DNA of 64,000 nt. Origin: an uncultured virus (IMG/VR IMGVR_UViG_3300015366_000220). Its lineage: Duplodnaviria; Heunggongvirae; Uroviricota; Caudoviricetes. The translations under genes were made by a program, and so were the position numbers. Below the pieces are notes generated by a model. It had not been told where the DNA came from and did not search any database. It saw nothing but the letters and a program-made list of their open reading frames with translations. The stretch lies in the IMG/VR virus record IMGVR_UViG_3300015366_000220; one strand, 5' to 3'. Below, one piece after another: positions 1-8,778 of the stretch (positions within the stretch are counted from its first letter, which is position 1; each line of letters opens with the position of its first letter).

Positions 1-48
1 CGAGATAGCGTAGCGTCTCGTGGGCTCGGAGATGTGTATAAGAGACAG
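1..48 (+). other. Illumina Nextera adapter remnant (P7 end + i7 index + Tn5 mosaic end); sequencing artefact
   Basis: CGAGAT-AGCGTAGC-GTCTCGTGGGCTCGG-AGATGTGTATAAGAGACAG has the exact Nextera read-2 adapter layout. Confidence 0.97.
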
Positions 49-50
49 TC

Positions 51-1124
51 ATGAAGCCACGAGTGATCTTTATACTAAAACGACGCGAAGATTATAATGC
101 AATTACACATTCCCATATTGGATTGAGCACCGGATTATACAATTCAGCAAATTTCATGAATGAAATGCTGAATTCAATGCACATAGAAAGCAAACTCGTG
201 GTGGTTCCGGATAACAATCATATTGACAGGGAAGTAACAAAACACAAACCCACACACGTCATAATAGAAGCATTGTGGGTAGTTCCACAGAAATTTAATA
301 TATTAAAGAAACTACACCCTAAAGTCAAATGGATAATCAGATTACATAGTGAGATGCCATTTATGGCTGGTGAAGGTATGGCTATGGATTGGATTGGTGA
401 TTACAGTGAAATTGATAACGTTATTCTTGGTATCAATGCACCAAGAATGTATCATGAAGTTAAAAATTATCTAAAAATAAAGAACAATTGGAATGAAGCC
501 ACCAGCAATGAGAAAGTAGTATATCTACCAAATTACTATCCACAGCAATATAAGAAAACGAAAAAAATAGACAAGAACAAAGATACTATTGATATTGCAT
601 GTTTTGGAGCCATACGTCCATTGAAAAATCACTTGGTTCAAGCATTTGCTGCTATAGAATTTGCTGATAGAATTGGTAAGAAATTAAACTTCCATGTTAA
701 TGCAGGTAGAATCGAAATGAATGGTTCACCAGTAATAAACAATCTGAAAGGATTATTTCAACATTTACACGGAAAACATGAACTAATAAACCACACATGG
801 TGTCCAAGGGAACAATTCTTAGAGCTATGTTCTACTATGGATATTGGGGTACAATCCAGCTTTTCGGAAACATTTAATATTGTCGGTGCGGATCTTATAA
901 GTCAGGGTGTACCTCTTGTTGGTAGCACAGAAATTCCTTGGTGTTCTACATTATATACAGCTGATCCAACAGATAGTAGAGACATAGCGAACAAATTGGA
1001 GAGGTCATATAACTGGGCATGCGCCAATGTGTTCCTCAATCAAGGATTACTATATGACTATTGTGGTACTTCGGCTACCATTTGGTATAAATACATGACA
1101 CACAAACAAGGTACTATTAAATGA
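51..1124 (+). CDS. GT-B fold glycosyltransferase (GT4-like)
   Basis: C-terminal FGAIRPLKNHL and SFSETFNIVGADL (E-x7-D/E) motifs typical of retaining GT-B enzymes. Confidence 0.7.
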   Translation: MKPRVIFILKRREDYNAITHSHIGLSTGLYNSANFMNEMLNSMHIESKLVVVPDNNHIDREVTKHKPTHVIIEALWVVPQKFNILKKLHPKVKWIIRLHSEMPFMAGEGMAMDWIGDYSEIDNVILGINAPRMYHEVKNYLKIKNNWNEATSNEKVVYLPNYYPQQYKKTKKIDKNKDTIDIACFGAIRPLKNHLVQAFAAIEFADRIGKKLNFHVNAGRIEMNGSPVINNLKGLFQHLHGKHELINHTWCPREQFLELCSTMDIGVQSSFSETFNIVGADLISQGVPLVGSTEIPWCSTLYTADPTDSRDIANKLERSYNWACANVFLNQGLLYDYCGTSATIWYKYMTHKQGTIK

Positions 1125-1333
1125 GTAAACATCACCACAACAGAGAAGGATATTTCAAAGCAAGAATCCATAAATGGGATAAGCATGGAAAATTGGCAAT
1201 TATAGAAGAATACCTATCTAGCTTAGATGCCTGTATAGAATACGCAAGAGGATTCCATGGTCACATGGTGAAAATATACGATAATGGTGAATTGATTCAT
1301 ACAGAGAGCATCAGCTACGACACCTATGCGTAG
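1121..1333 (+). CDS. hypothetical protein
   Basis: Start overlaps the end of the upstream GT gene; converges on the minus-strand block. Confidence 0.6.
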   Translation: MSKHHHNREGYFKARIHKWDKHGKLAIIEEYLSSLDACIEYARGFHGHMVKIYDNGELIHTESISYDTYA

Positions 1334-1346
1334 CTGATGCTCGTTT

Positions 1347-1553
1347 TTACGAATATTCCGATAAAGTCTCTACTCGTTTTTCTGGGAACTCACATGTGTT
1401 CTGTTGACACATCCTACGTTGATAGTCAACAGTGCAATCTGAGCATATATCAAATTTTCTCACACCCTTATCTTTTGGGATATATTTGATATATTCATTC
1501 CATTCTTTCTCAGAAAAACATTTCAATTTACTAATCATACAACTCCACACCAC
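1347..1553 (-). CDS. small Cys-containing hypothetical protein
   Basis: ORF track; CxDC motif; last gene of the minus-strand run. Confidence 0.5.
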   Translation of the reverse strand: MVWSCMISKLKCFSEKEWNEYIKYIPKDKGVRKFDICSDCTVDYQRRMCQQNTCEFPEKRVETLSEYS

Positions 1554-1885
1554 TCAACACGACCAAAAGTACCATCCAGAATATTTCCACGAGGGAAATT
1601 TGTGGCTGGAGTATTCCAAGAAGCAGCCTTTAACACATCACCAACACGAAACACTGTTCCTTTCGAATTTGTGAACTCTTTCTTTACAACGAAAGAATGC
1701 ACATACCTTGCGCCACCATCCGATGGACACTGGAAAACTTTAATATACTTTGATCCTGCACTCAGGGACAAAGAAAATGTTCCAGTTGGCATGATGATAT
1801 AGTCATTATACACTTGTTTGATATGATCCATATATCGTGCAATTGCAATATCAAAATCTGATTCAGGCAGAGGATCATTATACAT
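1535..1885 (-). CDS. conserved phage hypothetical protein
   Basis: GDVLKAASWNTPA..RGNI motif, which I recognise from many phage small proteins. Confidence 0.7.
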   Translation of the reverse strand: MYNDPLPESDFDIAIARYMDHIKQVYNDYIIMPTGTFSLSLSAGSKYIKVFQCPSDGGARYVHSFVVKKEFTNSKGTVFRVGDVLKAASWNTPATNFPRGNILDGTFGRVEWCGVV

Positions 1886-1924
1886 GTGAGTATCCTATGT
1901 GATGAATTGAATTATTAACAACAA

Positions 1925-2266
1925 TTAATCCAGACGATTACGGGCATTTGCCTTGATGCCATACTTACGCAGTACGTCCGCATAAGCAATTGCACCAAGT
2001 TCTTTCACATCAACATTCTGCACAGGCAGTCCGGACGGATTCCACAAATCCAAACCCTTGTCATATGATTTACGGAAACCAAGTGATACAAGTGTCTTGC
2101 CGAGCTTGGTTGATGCCTTTTCGGAAACATTAACCCAAGCGAAACCACACATAGGACGATCAACACCATTCAAATGTGTCTGGAAGGCATTATTTGCGGC
2201 ATTATACGCTGCAATCTTAGCTTCCTCGTGGATCGCTTTCATGGCTTCTACTGTGATAGTGGTCAT
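1925..2266 (-). CDS. conserved phage early hypothetical protein
   Basis: CGFAWV motif; GGAG Shine-Dalgarno and upstream promoter. Confidence 0.7.
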   Translation of the reverse strand: MTTITVEAMKAIHEEAKIAAYNAANNAFQTHLNGVDRPMCGFAWVNVSEKASTKLGKTLVSLGFRKSYDKGLDLWNPSGLPVQNVDVKELGAIAYADVLRKYGIKANARNRLD

Positions 2267-2298
2267 CAGAATCTCCAGTTACGTTGTCGATGTGAAGT

Positions 2299-2326
2299 AT
2301 TACACGCCCAAATTACCCGAAGTCAA
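2299..2326 (-). promoter_or_regulatory. sigma70-like early promoter
   Basis: TTGACT-N16-TGTAAT on the minus strand; same GTTGACTT -35 context as other promoters in the window. Confidence 0.55.
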
Positions 2327-2943
2327 CAACTTTTTTCAACATTTGTTGATGTTTTTCCGTGGTGTGTCCGGATTTCCCTAGCACCCATCATGGCATCCAG
2401 TTCTTCCCAATCCCACAACATCATATCACCACCAAATCTGGTGTCAATACCCACGTTGAAGTTTCTACCAGGAATTGGTGCGATTTCTTGGTGAATATGT
2501 CCATAGAACATATATGATCCATAGTGCATATTTCGCCATTCCCAAACAGGATAGTGAAACATACACACCAGCTGATCACCAATTTTGATTTCCTTATAAT
2601 CTTGAACAGACACAAACAAATCACGCAATGATTTATTGTTGCGAATCACGTTGTCATGGTTGCCATACACCAGATGTATTTGACCAGTCAACTGCTTCAT
2701 GATGTGTAATGCTCTTTCATAGTTACAAAAGAACACATCACCAAGAACATAAACCCTATCCTGTGGACGAACTTGTTCACGCCAATTCTTGATCAGAATT
2801 TCATCCATTTCCATAAAGTCTTTTCCCTGACGGGTTTCTCTACAGAAATTCAAAATGTTCTTGTGTGAAAAATGAACATCGCTTGTGAAAAATATTTTCT
2901 CAGTCATAATTTCCTTCATATACAATATCCAAAAACCAATCAA
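2323..2943 (-). CDS. calcineurin-like metallophosphoesterase (true start probably MTEK, about 2907)
   Basis: DxH (SDVHFSH), GD, GNHD and GHIH motifs. Confidence 0.9.
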   Translation of the reverse strand: MIGFWILYMKEIMTEKIFFTSDVHFSHKNILNFCRETRQGKDFMEMDEILIKNWREQVRPQDRVYVLGDVFFCNYERALHIMKQLTGQIHLVYGNHDNVIRNNKSLRDLFVSVQDYKEIKIGDQLVCMFHYPVWEWRNMHYGSYMFYGHIHQEIAPIPGRNFNVGIDTRFGGDMMLWDWEELDAMMGAREIRTHHGKTSTNVEKSC

Positions 2944-3532
2944 AATTTGAATCGTATATCATACGATATTTTTTACCATCTATATCATAATATAATTCAC
3001 CAAACCCATCTTCAACATCATCCCTATAAGGTTGCAGTTTTAATTCATCAATTTTACTACATAGGTTTTTTGTTTCTTCGTCAGACAATTGCCGTTCGTT
3101 CATATTTGACTCCAATTTAATAATATAAAGATATAAATCACGTATTCCACGAGCATCACACAATGCGTTGTGTGGGATTTTGCTTTCGCCAAAATCTATC
3201 CTAACAACTTCCATCGTTAGTGGTGGGGTATCAATACGCATACCTGCACCAACAATAAGAGCATCACAAAAATGCTTAATGTCTTCCGGCCAATCCGCAA
3301 TAATATGAACCTTGTCAAATTGAGCAAGAAAATGTTGTAAACTACGTTGCATTTCTTGTACAGATATAGCTGGCTTTCCTAAAATGGGCATAACATGTTC
3401 TTTTACCCAAGGACCAGGATTCTCACATGGAACCACCTCATACCATTCATAGTTACCATCTTCTGATACCAGTGCCATCGATATAAGGTCACCCTTGAAT
3501 TCATTAAATTCGCAATCTAAAAATAATTTCAT
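2900..3532 (-). CDS. DEDDh 3'-5' exo(ribo)nuclease, Rv2179c-like
   Basis: FLDCEF, DWPED and HNALCDA motifs. Confidence 0.8.
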   Translation of the reverse strand: MKLFLDCEFNEFKGDLISMALVSEDGNYEWYEVVPCENPGPWVKEHVMPILGKPAISVQEMQRSLQHFLAQFDKVHIIADWPEDIKHFCDALIVGAGMRIDTPPLTMEVVRIDFGESKIPHNALCDARGIRDLYLYIIKLESNMNERQLSDEETKNLCSKIDELKLQPYRDDVEDGFGELYYDIDGKKYRMIYDSNFDWFLDIVYEGNYD

Positions 3533-3966
3533 ATATTTTGCTCTACAACTTTTCTTTTATACTTTTGTATCATATGATGAACTTTTATATATAAGATAAC
3601 TGCGCAAGTATAGCATCTAATGGCTCTTTTGTCCATATCATTTGATACGGAATCACACATTGTACATTTATGAGAATAATCACCAGAAGCATACCCAAAT
3701 TCCACTAAATCCTCTTCAAATATTCCTTTTGCATCTGCATATTGCTTTATTTGTTCATTAGTCATTTCATCTGGGCAATGTTCAAACATCAGTTCATCAA
3801 TTCTTGCTTGTAGCTGTTCAATCTGGCGTTCGCAACACCTATGCGACTGCCATACCAATAATCCATCAGAAGAAATGTACTCGTATGTACCACAAAGCCA
3901 CGAATTCTCTTTATCTCGTTTAGCCCCGCAGTGGGGGCAGGTTTCGTTAGTAGTCATATGCCGCAC
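3529..3966 (-). CDS. hypothetical protein, CPHCGA zinc-finger family
   Basis: N-terminal TNETCPHCGA shared with the neighbouring gene. Confidence 0.65.
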   Translation of the reverse strand: MRHMTTNETCPHCGAKRDKENSWLCGTYEYISSDGLLVWQSHRCCERQIEQLQARIDELMFEHCPDEMTNEQIKQYADAKGIFEEDLVEFGYASGDYSHKCTMCDSVSNDMDKRAIRCYTCAVILYIKVHHMIQKYKRKVVEQNI

Positions 3967-4264
3967 ATCCCCTCGCTCTGATTGCTACTGCGCACTCCAT
4001 AGGCCCGCTTGTATCCCCCATGTGCCATGACCAATGCAGGTCATCACATATCTTCGCACACGCCTCACGCTCATCCAGCACCGCCTGCCTCAACCTCTCA
4101 ATCTCCACATCACGTTGTTTAATCTGACGCTTCAGACATTCGCATTCAGCATAGGAAGTACTGCCGTCCCCCCAAACCAGCGCACCGCATTTGTATCGTC
4201 TGTAATTTGAAACCGAATGGTATGAGATTTCAGCCCCGCAGTGGGGGCAGGTTTCGTTAGTCAT
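3947..4264 (-). CDS. hypothetical protein, CPHCGA + EREACAKICD family
   Basis: Shares modules with 3529-3966, 4806-5210, 5637-5942 and 8768-9139. Confidence 0.65.
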   Translation of the reverse strand: MTNETCPHCGAEISYHSVSNYRRYKCGALVWGDGSTSYAECECLKRQIKQRDVEIERLRQAVLDEREACAKICDDLHWSWHMGDTSGPMECAVAIRARGCAAYDY

Positions 4265-4809
4265 CCGAATATCTCCTTAAAAAGCTCGGCTTGTTTTTCT
4301 GACGCAGCGGCACCCGCAGTAGTCGCAGCAGAAGCCCTCTCAGTAGCATCCATCACGGCAGTTCTAGCAGTTCTGGCGGCTCTAGCAGCGGCACCCGCAG
4401 CACCCCACGCAGTTCTAGCAGCCTCCCACGCAGCCTCCGACGCTGCCTCATACGATCTCCGCGCTTTCCCAGCAGACTTCGCAGCGACGGCTAATTCACT
4501 GTCTGTTGCCTTACCCTTAGCGAACCTTTCGGCCACGCCCAGCGCAGCTATGCTTCGTCGGTCAGTCATCAGGTGCTGCACTTGGCGAGCACAGGCAACT
4601 GCAAAAAGCCGCGCTTCTCGTTCACACTCTGTTGAGCGCAGACTCCAGATCGCATCATCTAGCCCGTTAGTTTCCAGAATGCGAACCAACGGTAGCGGAT
4701 CATCGTCTGCTTCGCTCTTACCAAGAGCAGCCAAGAGTAGCCGCCAGCTGTTATCACTGTTCACGTACGGCTCTTGCGCACGGATTTTATTTAGTGTTGT
4801 GTAAATCAT
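4261..4809 (-). CDS. Ala-rich phage hypothetical protein
   Basis: AAWEAARTAW-type Ala repeats; overlapping start/stop with neighbours. Confidence 0.65.
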   Translation of the reverse strand: MIYTTLNKIRAQEPYVNSDNSWRLLLAALGKSEADDDPLPLVRILETNGLDDAIWSLRSTECEREARLFAVACARQVQHLMTDRRSIAALGVAERFAKGKATDSELAVAAKSAGKARRSYEAASEAAWEAARTAWGAAGAAARAARTARTAVMDATERASAATTAGAAASEKQAELFKEIFG

Positions 4810-5210
4810 TTCACTTCACCTCTTGCTCTGATTGCATCAGCACAAAACAATGCACCGTCGCGTTCTCGGTCATACTCATCGTAACTTTCATACTCTGCAT
4901 CACACACCTTCGCGCACGCCTCACGCTCATCTAGCACCGCCTGTTTCAACCGCTCAATCTCCGCAGCCTGAGCCGCGATCTGGCGTTGCATGTTTGGCAC
5001 GTCCGCAATTAGGTTGGCAATCTCTTCGTCTGTTTTTCCACTTCCAAGAGTTTGAGCAAGTATGAAAATTTCATCGACGTTGGCTTCGTCTTTTGGGGCA
5101 TCAGCAATCACAAGAAATCTTGACAGGTCGTCACAGTTTTTATCTGCAACCAACAAAGTACTCCACTTAAGTGAAAGCATGTTCATATACCGCTCCTCCC
5201 AATGATCCAC
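4806..5210 (-). CDS. hypothetical protein with AEIERL/EREACAK module
   Basis: ORF track; shared module. Confidence 0.6.
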   Translation of the reverse strand: MDHWEERYMNMLSLKWSTLLVADKNCDDLSRFLVIADAPKDEANVDEIFILAQTLGSGKTDEEIANLIADVPNMQRQIAAQAAEIERLKQAVLDEREACAKVCDAEYESYDEYDRERDGALFCADAIRARGEVK

Positions 5211-5245
5211 TGTTCATAAAATGCCATATTTTGTCTGGATGACAG

Positions 5246-5274
5246 ATTATACATTATTCATTTTAAATATGCAA
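5246..5274 (-). promoter_or_regulatory. sigma70-like promoter
   Basis: TTGCAT-N17-TATAAT in an intergenic gap. Confidence 0.55.
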
Positions 5275-5281
5275 CAGTTTT

Positions 5282-5503
5282 TTACCACCCAGACCAATCA
5301 TCATTAAACCCACCACCCATGGATTCCTCCATGATTTCATCATAGGCATCTGTATCGTTTATATCTAGCACCTGATCTTCTGAGAATAAAGCAATTCCTT
5401 TGCTATTCTTCTTTCTTGATCTCTCCCCAGCTTGAACCTGAAACCCAATGTTTTTCCACTCTTCATATGTGGCATATTTCATAATTTGTTGCTCGCTATT
5501 CAT
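5282..5503 (-). CDS. hypothetical protein
   Basis: TYEEWKNIGFQVQAGE motif; GAGG Shine-Dalgarno. Confidence 0.6.
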   Translation of the reverse strand: MNSEQQIMKYATYEEWKNIGFQVQAGERSRKKNSKGIALFSEDQVLDINDTDAYDEIMEESMGGGFNDDWSGW

Positions 5504-5652
5504 TTATATACCTCGTGTATCCAACAGCCAATTGCAGTTACAGTGATGAACACCGGAAGCATTGCAAAAAGCACATACCCGTTATACATAACGGCTGTAG
5601 CGGCTTGCTCCTCTATCTGTTTTTCGTAATCGCCATTCATTCATCACCTCTT
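5428..5652. repeat. 225-bp direct repeat, copy 1
   Basis: Identical by eye to 7788-8012 (offset 2360). Confidence 0.95.
5500..5640 (-). CDS. 46-aa small membrane protein (not in ORF track; duplicated at 7860-8000)
   Basis: MNGDYEKQIEEQAATAVMYNGYVLFAMLPVFITVTAIGCWIHEVYK; GAGGTGA Shine-Dalgarno; ATGA overlaps at both ends. Confidence 0.6.
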   Translation of the reverse strand: MNGDYEKQIEEQAATAVMYNGYVLFAMLPVFITVTAIGCWIHEVYK

Positions 5653-5942
5653 GCTTTCAGCATCGCATCAGCAACGTCATATGCCCATCTCGCCAATTTT
5701 TCAAAATCAAAGACATGCCCGCCGCTAGCGATATTCCCCTGCATCGCACCAACGGCGATTCGATCTCTAAGATGCTTCACCCGCTTCAACCTCAACCTCT
5801 CAATCTCCGCAGCCTGAATTGCGATTTGGCGTTCGTAACATTCTGGCGTTCTCGGCTTTTTACGGTTAGAGCCACAGTCATAATCGTTTGTTCCGACAAA
5901 ATTTCGTTCAGCCCCGCAGTAGGAGCAAGTTTTATTAGTCAT
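5637..5942 (-). CDS. hypothetical protein, CxxCGA family
   Basis: MTNKTCSYCGAE, AEIERL and AYDVADAMLKAR modules. Confidence 0.65.
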   Translation of the reverse strand: MTNKTCSYCGAERNFVGTNDYDCGSNRKKPRTPECYERQIAIQAAEIERLRLKRVKHLRDRIAVGAMQGNIASGGHVFDFEKLARWAYDVADAMLKARGDE

Positions 5943-6118
5943 GGCTTGGTTGCCTCCTGAACATTTTCAACGATTTTTTCTATTGCAGTTGCTGTGTATG
6001 GCTTGTCCTTGTCAGTCATAGCACCGCCCATTGTTACTACATCAGATACAACTGCAACTGGTAGTTCAACAACAACGCCAACTGCTGCTTTAGTAAGATC
6101 GGAAAATAACTTAAACAT
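5939..6118 (-). CDS. 59-aa hypothetical protein (not in ORF track)
   Basis: MFKLFSDLTKAAVGVVVELPVAVVSDVVTMGGAMTDKDKPYT...; GAGGTGA Shine-Dalgarno; fills the gap. Confidence 0.6.
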   Translation of the reverse strand: MFKLFSDLTKAAVGVVVELPVAVVSDVVTMGGAMTDKDKPYTATAIEKIVENVQEATKP

Positions 6119-6192
6119 TTAATTCACCTCAATTTAGTGTGCCGTAAAGGCAATATATAAAAAATGACATACCCACCATGCCCATACCCCAA
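6116..6192. repeat. 77-bp direct repeat, copy 1
   Basis: Matches 8505-8581 with one mismatch; includes RBS and ATG. Confidence 0.9.
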
Positions 6193-6225
6193 CGAAGAGG
6201 CGTTATCTCCACCCGTCAATTCAAA

Positions 6226-6543
6226 TTACTGCAAATCCCAAACCTTACCATCAGCATCACGATAGAAGTCATCGTTAGCATTAACCCAAATCTTTTCATT
6301 ATCAACTGGGTCAATTACATACCACTGATTGCCTTCCTGCTTGGCGTGAATTGTGCCAACCACAATAAAATTGTGTTCAGAAGTATTATCCTGAGTAGTG
6401 GTTGTGGTAGTTGTTGTAGTAACAATTTCTTCTTCATCATCATCGTAAAAATCATCATATCGCATAGTACGAGTCCTCTCAACAATAACGCCAATTAGTA
6501 TAGCAAATAATAGAATACAAATCAATAGAATAAGCAAATGCAC
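6226..6543 (-). CDS. hypothetical protein with poly-Thr tract
   Basis: Acidic tract followed by a Thr run; start uncertain. Confidence 0.6.
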   Translation of the reverse strand: MHLLILLICILLFAILIGVIVERTRTMRYDDFYDDDEEEIVTTTTTTTTTQDNTSEHNFIVVGTIHAKQEGNQWYVIDPVDNEKIWVNANDDFYRDADGKVWDLQ

Positions 6544-6552
6544 GTTAATCTC

Positions 6553-7257
6553 CTAACCAACTAATAACAATACGATAACAAGAATAATCACAAAAGCAAC
6601 CAGTACACCTACAACAATATCATTGTCAGATGAACGAGTTTGAATCACTACTGGTTGTGGTTGTGCAACTTGTTCCCCAGCATCAGCAGGTACGGTTTGT
6701 GCTACCATCTGACCATTATCTACTGGAGTAAATTGTCCATTGACATAGGTACCCACTACGTATCCATTTTGGTTAACAACCTGCCCATTAGGGTATAGCA
6801 ACGCATTGTTATTGTAAATGCCGCCACCAGTGTACATAACTGTACCATATGGATGCAACATACCACCAATAATCAATCCAGTCAATAGACCATTGTTGTA
6901 ATGGTATCCATATCCCCAGCCACCGCCGTAGTACCCACCAGGACTTGTGTATCTACCAGAATATGATCGATTGATTCTTGTAGACGTAGTAGTGGTAGTT
7001 GTGGTTGTACGTGGAGCAGAAACTGTACGTGGAGCAGTACTAAAACTGCCTCTTGACGTAGAGCCTGATGTACTAAAACTACCTCTGCTAGGTGAAGATG
7101 CTATCCTTGGTGAACTGAATCCACCGCGAAATGCTGACCCACCACTGAACCCACGACTACCACCGCCGTAACCACCGCCCGGTTTAGCATTGGCTGAACC
7201 AACTACCAACAGTGAACACAGTAATACCAATAGAATCTTTCTCATAAAGCCTCTCAA
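6553..7257 (-). CDS. Gly/Ser/Thr-rich exported membrane-anchored protein
   Basis: Signal peptide (..SANA/KP), low-complexity RGSFS repeats, poly-Thr, C-terminal hydrophobic helix. Confidence 0.7.
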   Translation of the reverse strand: MRGFMRKILLVLLCSLLVVGSANAKPGGGYGGGSRGFSGGSAFRGGFSSPRIASSPSRGSFSTSGSTSRGSFSTAPRTVSAPRTTTTTTTTSTRINRSYSGRYTSPGGYYGGGWGYGYHYNNGLLTGLIIGGMLHPYGTVMYTGGGIYNNNALLYPNGQVVNQNGYVVGTYVNGQFTPVDNGQMVAQTVPADAGEQVAQPQPVVIQTRSSDNDIVVGVLVAFVIILVIVLLLVG

Positions 7258-7273
7258 ATATTAAAAAACAACC

Positions 7274-7582
7274 TTACTCAAACTTCTTTTTCAATCTCTC
7301 AAGTTCAGCACGTTCACGCTGCTCTTGCCGTTCTTTCATTACCTGTTCCTTTGCTAGTCGTGCCTCTTGTTCAGCATCCGTTTCTTCACGGTACTCAAAA
7401 AGATACAACCCCGAATGATCATTATAATCCAACGTATCAAGACCATAACGAACATCACGCCCTTTATAGTATTCTTTTAGCCGTAACATACGGTTGATTA
7501 CATCGTCAAATGTCTCGCCGTCAAACTTGTCATCTTGGCTATAATTGTCTACTAGCGTTCGAACCATTTTACGCTCGCTCAT
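7274..7582 (-). CDS. hypothetical early protein
   Basis: RE.TD.E...ERAELERLKKKF C-terminus; directly downstream of a promoter. Confidence 0.65.
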   Translation of the reverse strand: MSERKMVRTLVDNYSQDDKFDGETFDDVINRMLRLKEYYKGRDVRYGLDTLDYNDHSGLYLFEYREETDAEQEARLAKEQVMKERQEQRERAELERLKKKFE

Positions 7583-7614
7583 TACAATCTCCCATTGCCT
7601 AACTCTATGTAGCT

Positions 7615-7642
7615 ATTATACGGGAATGGTACCCAAAGTCAA
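7615..7642 (-). promoter_or_regulatory. sigma70-like early promoter
   Basis: TTGACT-N16-TATAAT with an A/T-rich upstream element. Confidence 0.7.
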
Positions 7643-7671
7643 TAGTTTTTTACTAAAAATAAACCTAATAG

Positions 7672-7684
7672 AATCAATAACTTA
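7672..7684 (+). promoter_or_regulatory. IHF-consensus site upstream of early promoter
   Basis: AATCAATAACTTA matches WATCAANNNNTTR. Confidence 0.5.
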
Positions 7685-7689
7685 CGAGA

Positions 7690-7863
7690 TCACTGTCTCA
7701 GTAGCCATATTACCTGCTCCGGTCCGGTGAATTGATCTTTAAAGAGTTTGTAATAATCTGAAGCCCATTCAGGATTTTGAGCAATCACAGCTTGAACCTG
7801 AAACCCAATGTTTTTCCACTCTTCATATGTGGCATATTTCATAATTTGTTGCTCGCTATTCAT
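7690..7863 (-). CDS. 57-aa chimeric ORF (N-terminus duplicated from 5282-5503)
   Basis: MNSEQQIMKYATYEEWKNIGFQVQA fused in frame to unrelated VIAQNPEWASDYYKLF... Confidence 0.5.
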   Translation of the reverse strand: MNSEQQIMKYATYEEWKNIGFQVQAVIAQNPEWASDYYKLFKDQFTGPEQVIWLLRQ

Positions 7864-8012
7864 TTATATACCTCGTGTATCCAACAGCCAATTGCAGTTA
7901 CAGTGATGAACACCGGAAGCATTGCAAAAAGCACATACCCGTTATACATAACGGCTGTAGCGGCTTGCTCCTCTATCTGTTTTTCGTAATCGCCATTCAT
8001 TCATCACCTCTT
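7788..8012. repeat. 225-bp direct repeat, copy 2
   Basis: Identical by eye to 5428-5652. Confidence 0.95.
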
Positions 8013-8102
8013 ACTTTAACAATTCGTTTTCTTCTGACAGCAAAGTGCCAATTTTATCCAACAAACCCCGCAGCCTTCCAATCTCCGCAGTGTTTACAAA
8101 CA

Positions 8103-8507
8103 TCAGTCTTGTTCATATTTTCTTTTTGCACCATTAACCTCGTTCATTTGTTTTTCTAGCATATCACTGTGAAATGCTGGATTTGGGTTTTCAATTCTGT
8201 AGGCAAACCCACCACTAAAATAAACACAGTATCCATATCCATGTCCACTCTCGATTACGATTGTATATGCTGCTGTTATAGCTTGTCCACCAACTCCACC
8301 AAAACCTAACGCAGTTGATCCCCATACCTGCGGAAACATTGCGACCACTGTTAGATCATATTCGCTGTGCTTCCTTTTTCTGGTTATACGAGCATCCTTG
8401 TCTTTTGATGCCCAATCTCTGTCTTCGTATTCAATTTCTGGAAACCCAACATGCACAGCATGGCCTAATGCTCTATGCAAAGAATTTAACGGACTATCTA
8501 TACTCAT
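8103..8507 (-). CDS. conserved phage hypothetical protein
   Basis: FPQVWGSTALGFGGVGGQAIT motif. Confidence 0.7.
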   Translation of the reverse strand: MSIDSPLNSLHRALGHAVHVGFPEIEYEDRDWASKDKDARITRKRKHSEYDLTVVAMFPQVWGSTALGFGGVGGQAITAAYTIVIESGHGYGYCVYFSGGFAYRIENPNPAFHSDMLEKQMNEVNGAKRKYEQD

Positions 8508-8581
8508 TTAATTCACCTCAATTTAGTGTGCAGTAAAGGCAATATATAAAAAATGACATACCCACCATGCCCATACCCCAA
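8505..8581. repeat. 77-bp direct repeat, copy 2
   Basis: Matches 6116-6192. Confidence 0.9.
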
Positions 8582-8613
8582 TGAAAAAGCCAATAATATA
8601 TGCTTTCTGTTTC

Positions 8614-8778
8614 TCATTCATCTTTTATTCTCTCATTCATACGACAAGACATACCACGAAACCCCTTATCTATATACCTAATATTGATATAAGTGCCGCA
8701 TTCATAATAATAAAAAACTTGGTCTTTTTCCTTCATAGATGATCCGCAAAATTTACAACATCTTAGGTCATAACTCAT
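8614..8778 (-). CDS. 54-aa CxxCG family protein (not in ORF track)
   Basis: MSYDLRCCKFCGSSMKEKDQVFYYYECGTY... fills the gap. Confidence 0.5.
   Translation of the reverse strand: MSYDLRCCKFCGSSMKEKDQVFYYYECGTYINIRYIDKGFRGMSCRMNERIKDE

Noticed and set aside
30..48. Tn5/IS50 transposon end
   Set aside because: It is the synthetic mosaic end inside a full Nextera adapter with index; no transposase is present.
5428..8012. Diversity-generating retroelement TR/VR pair
   Set aside because: The copies are identical with no adenine-specific mismatches, and no reverse transcriptase is in the window.
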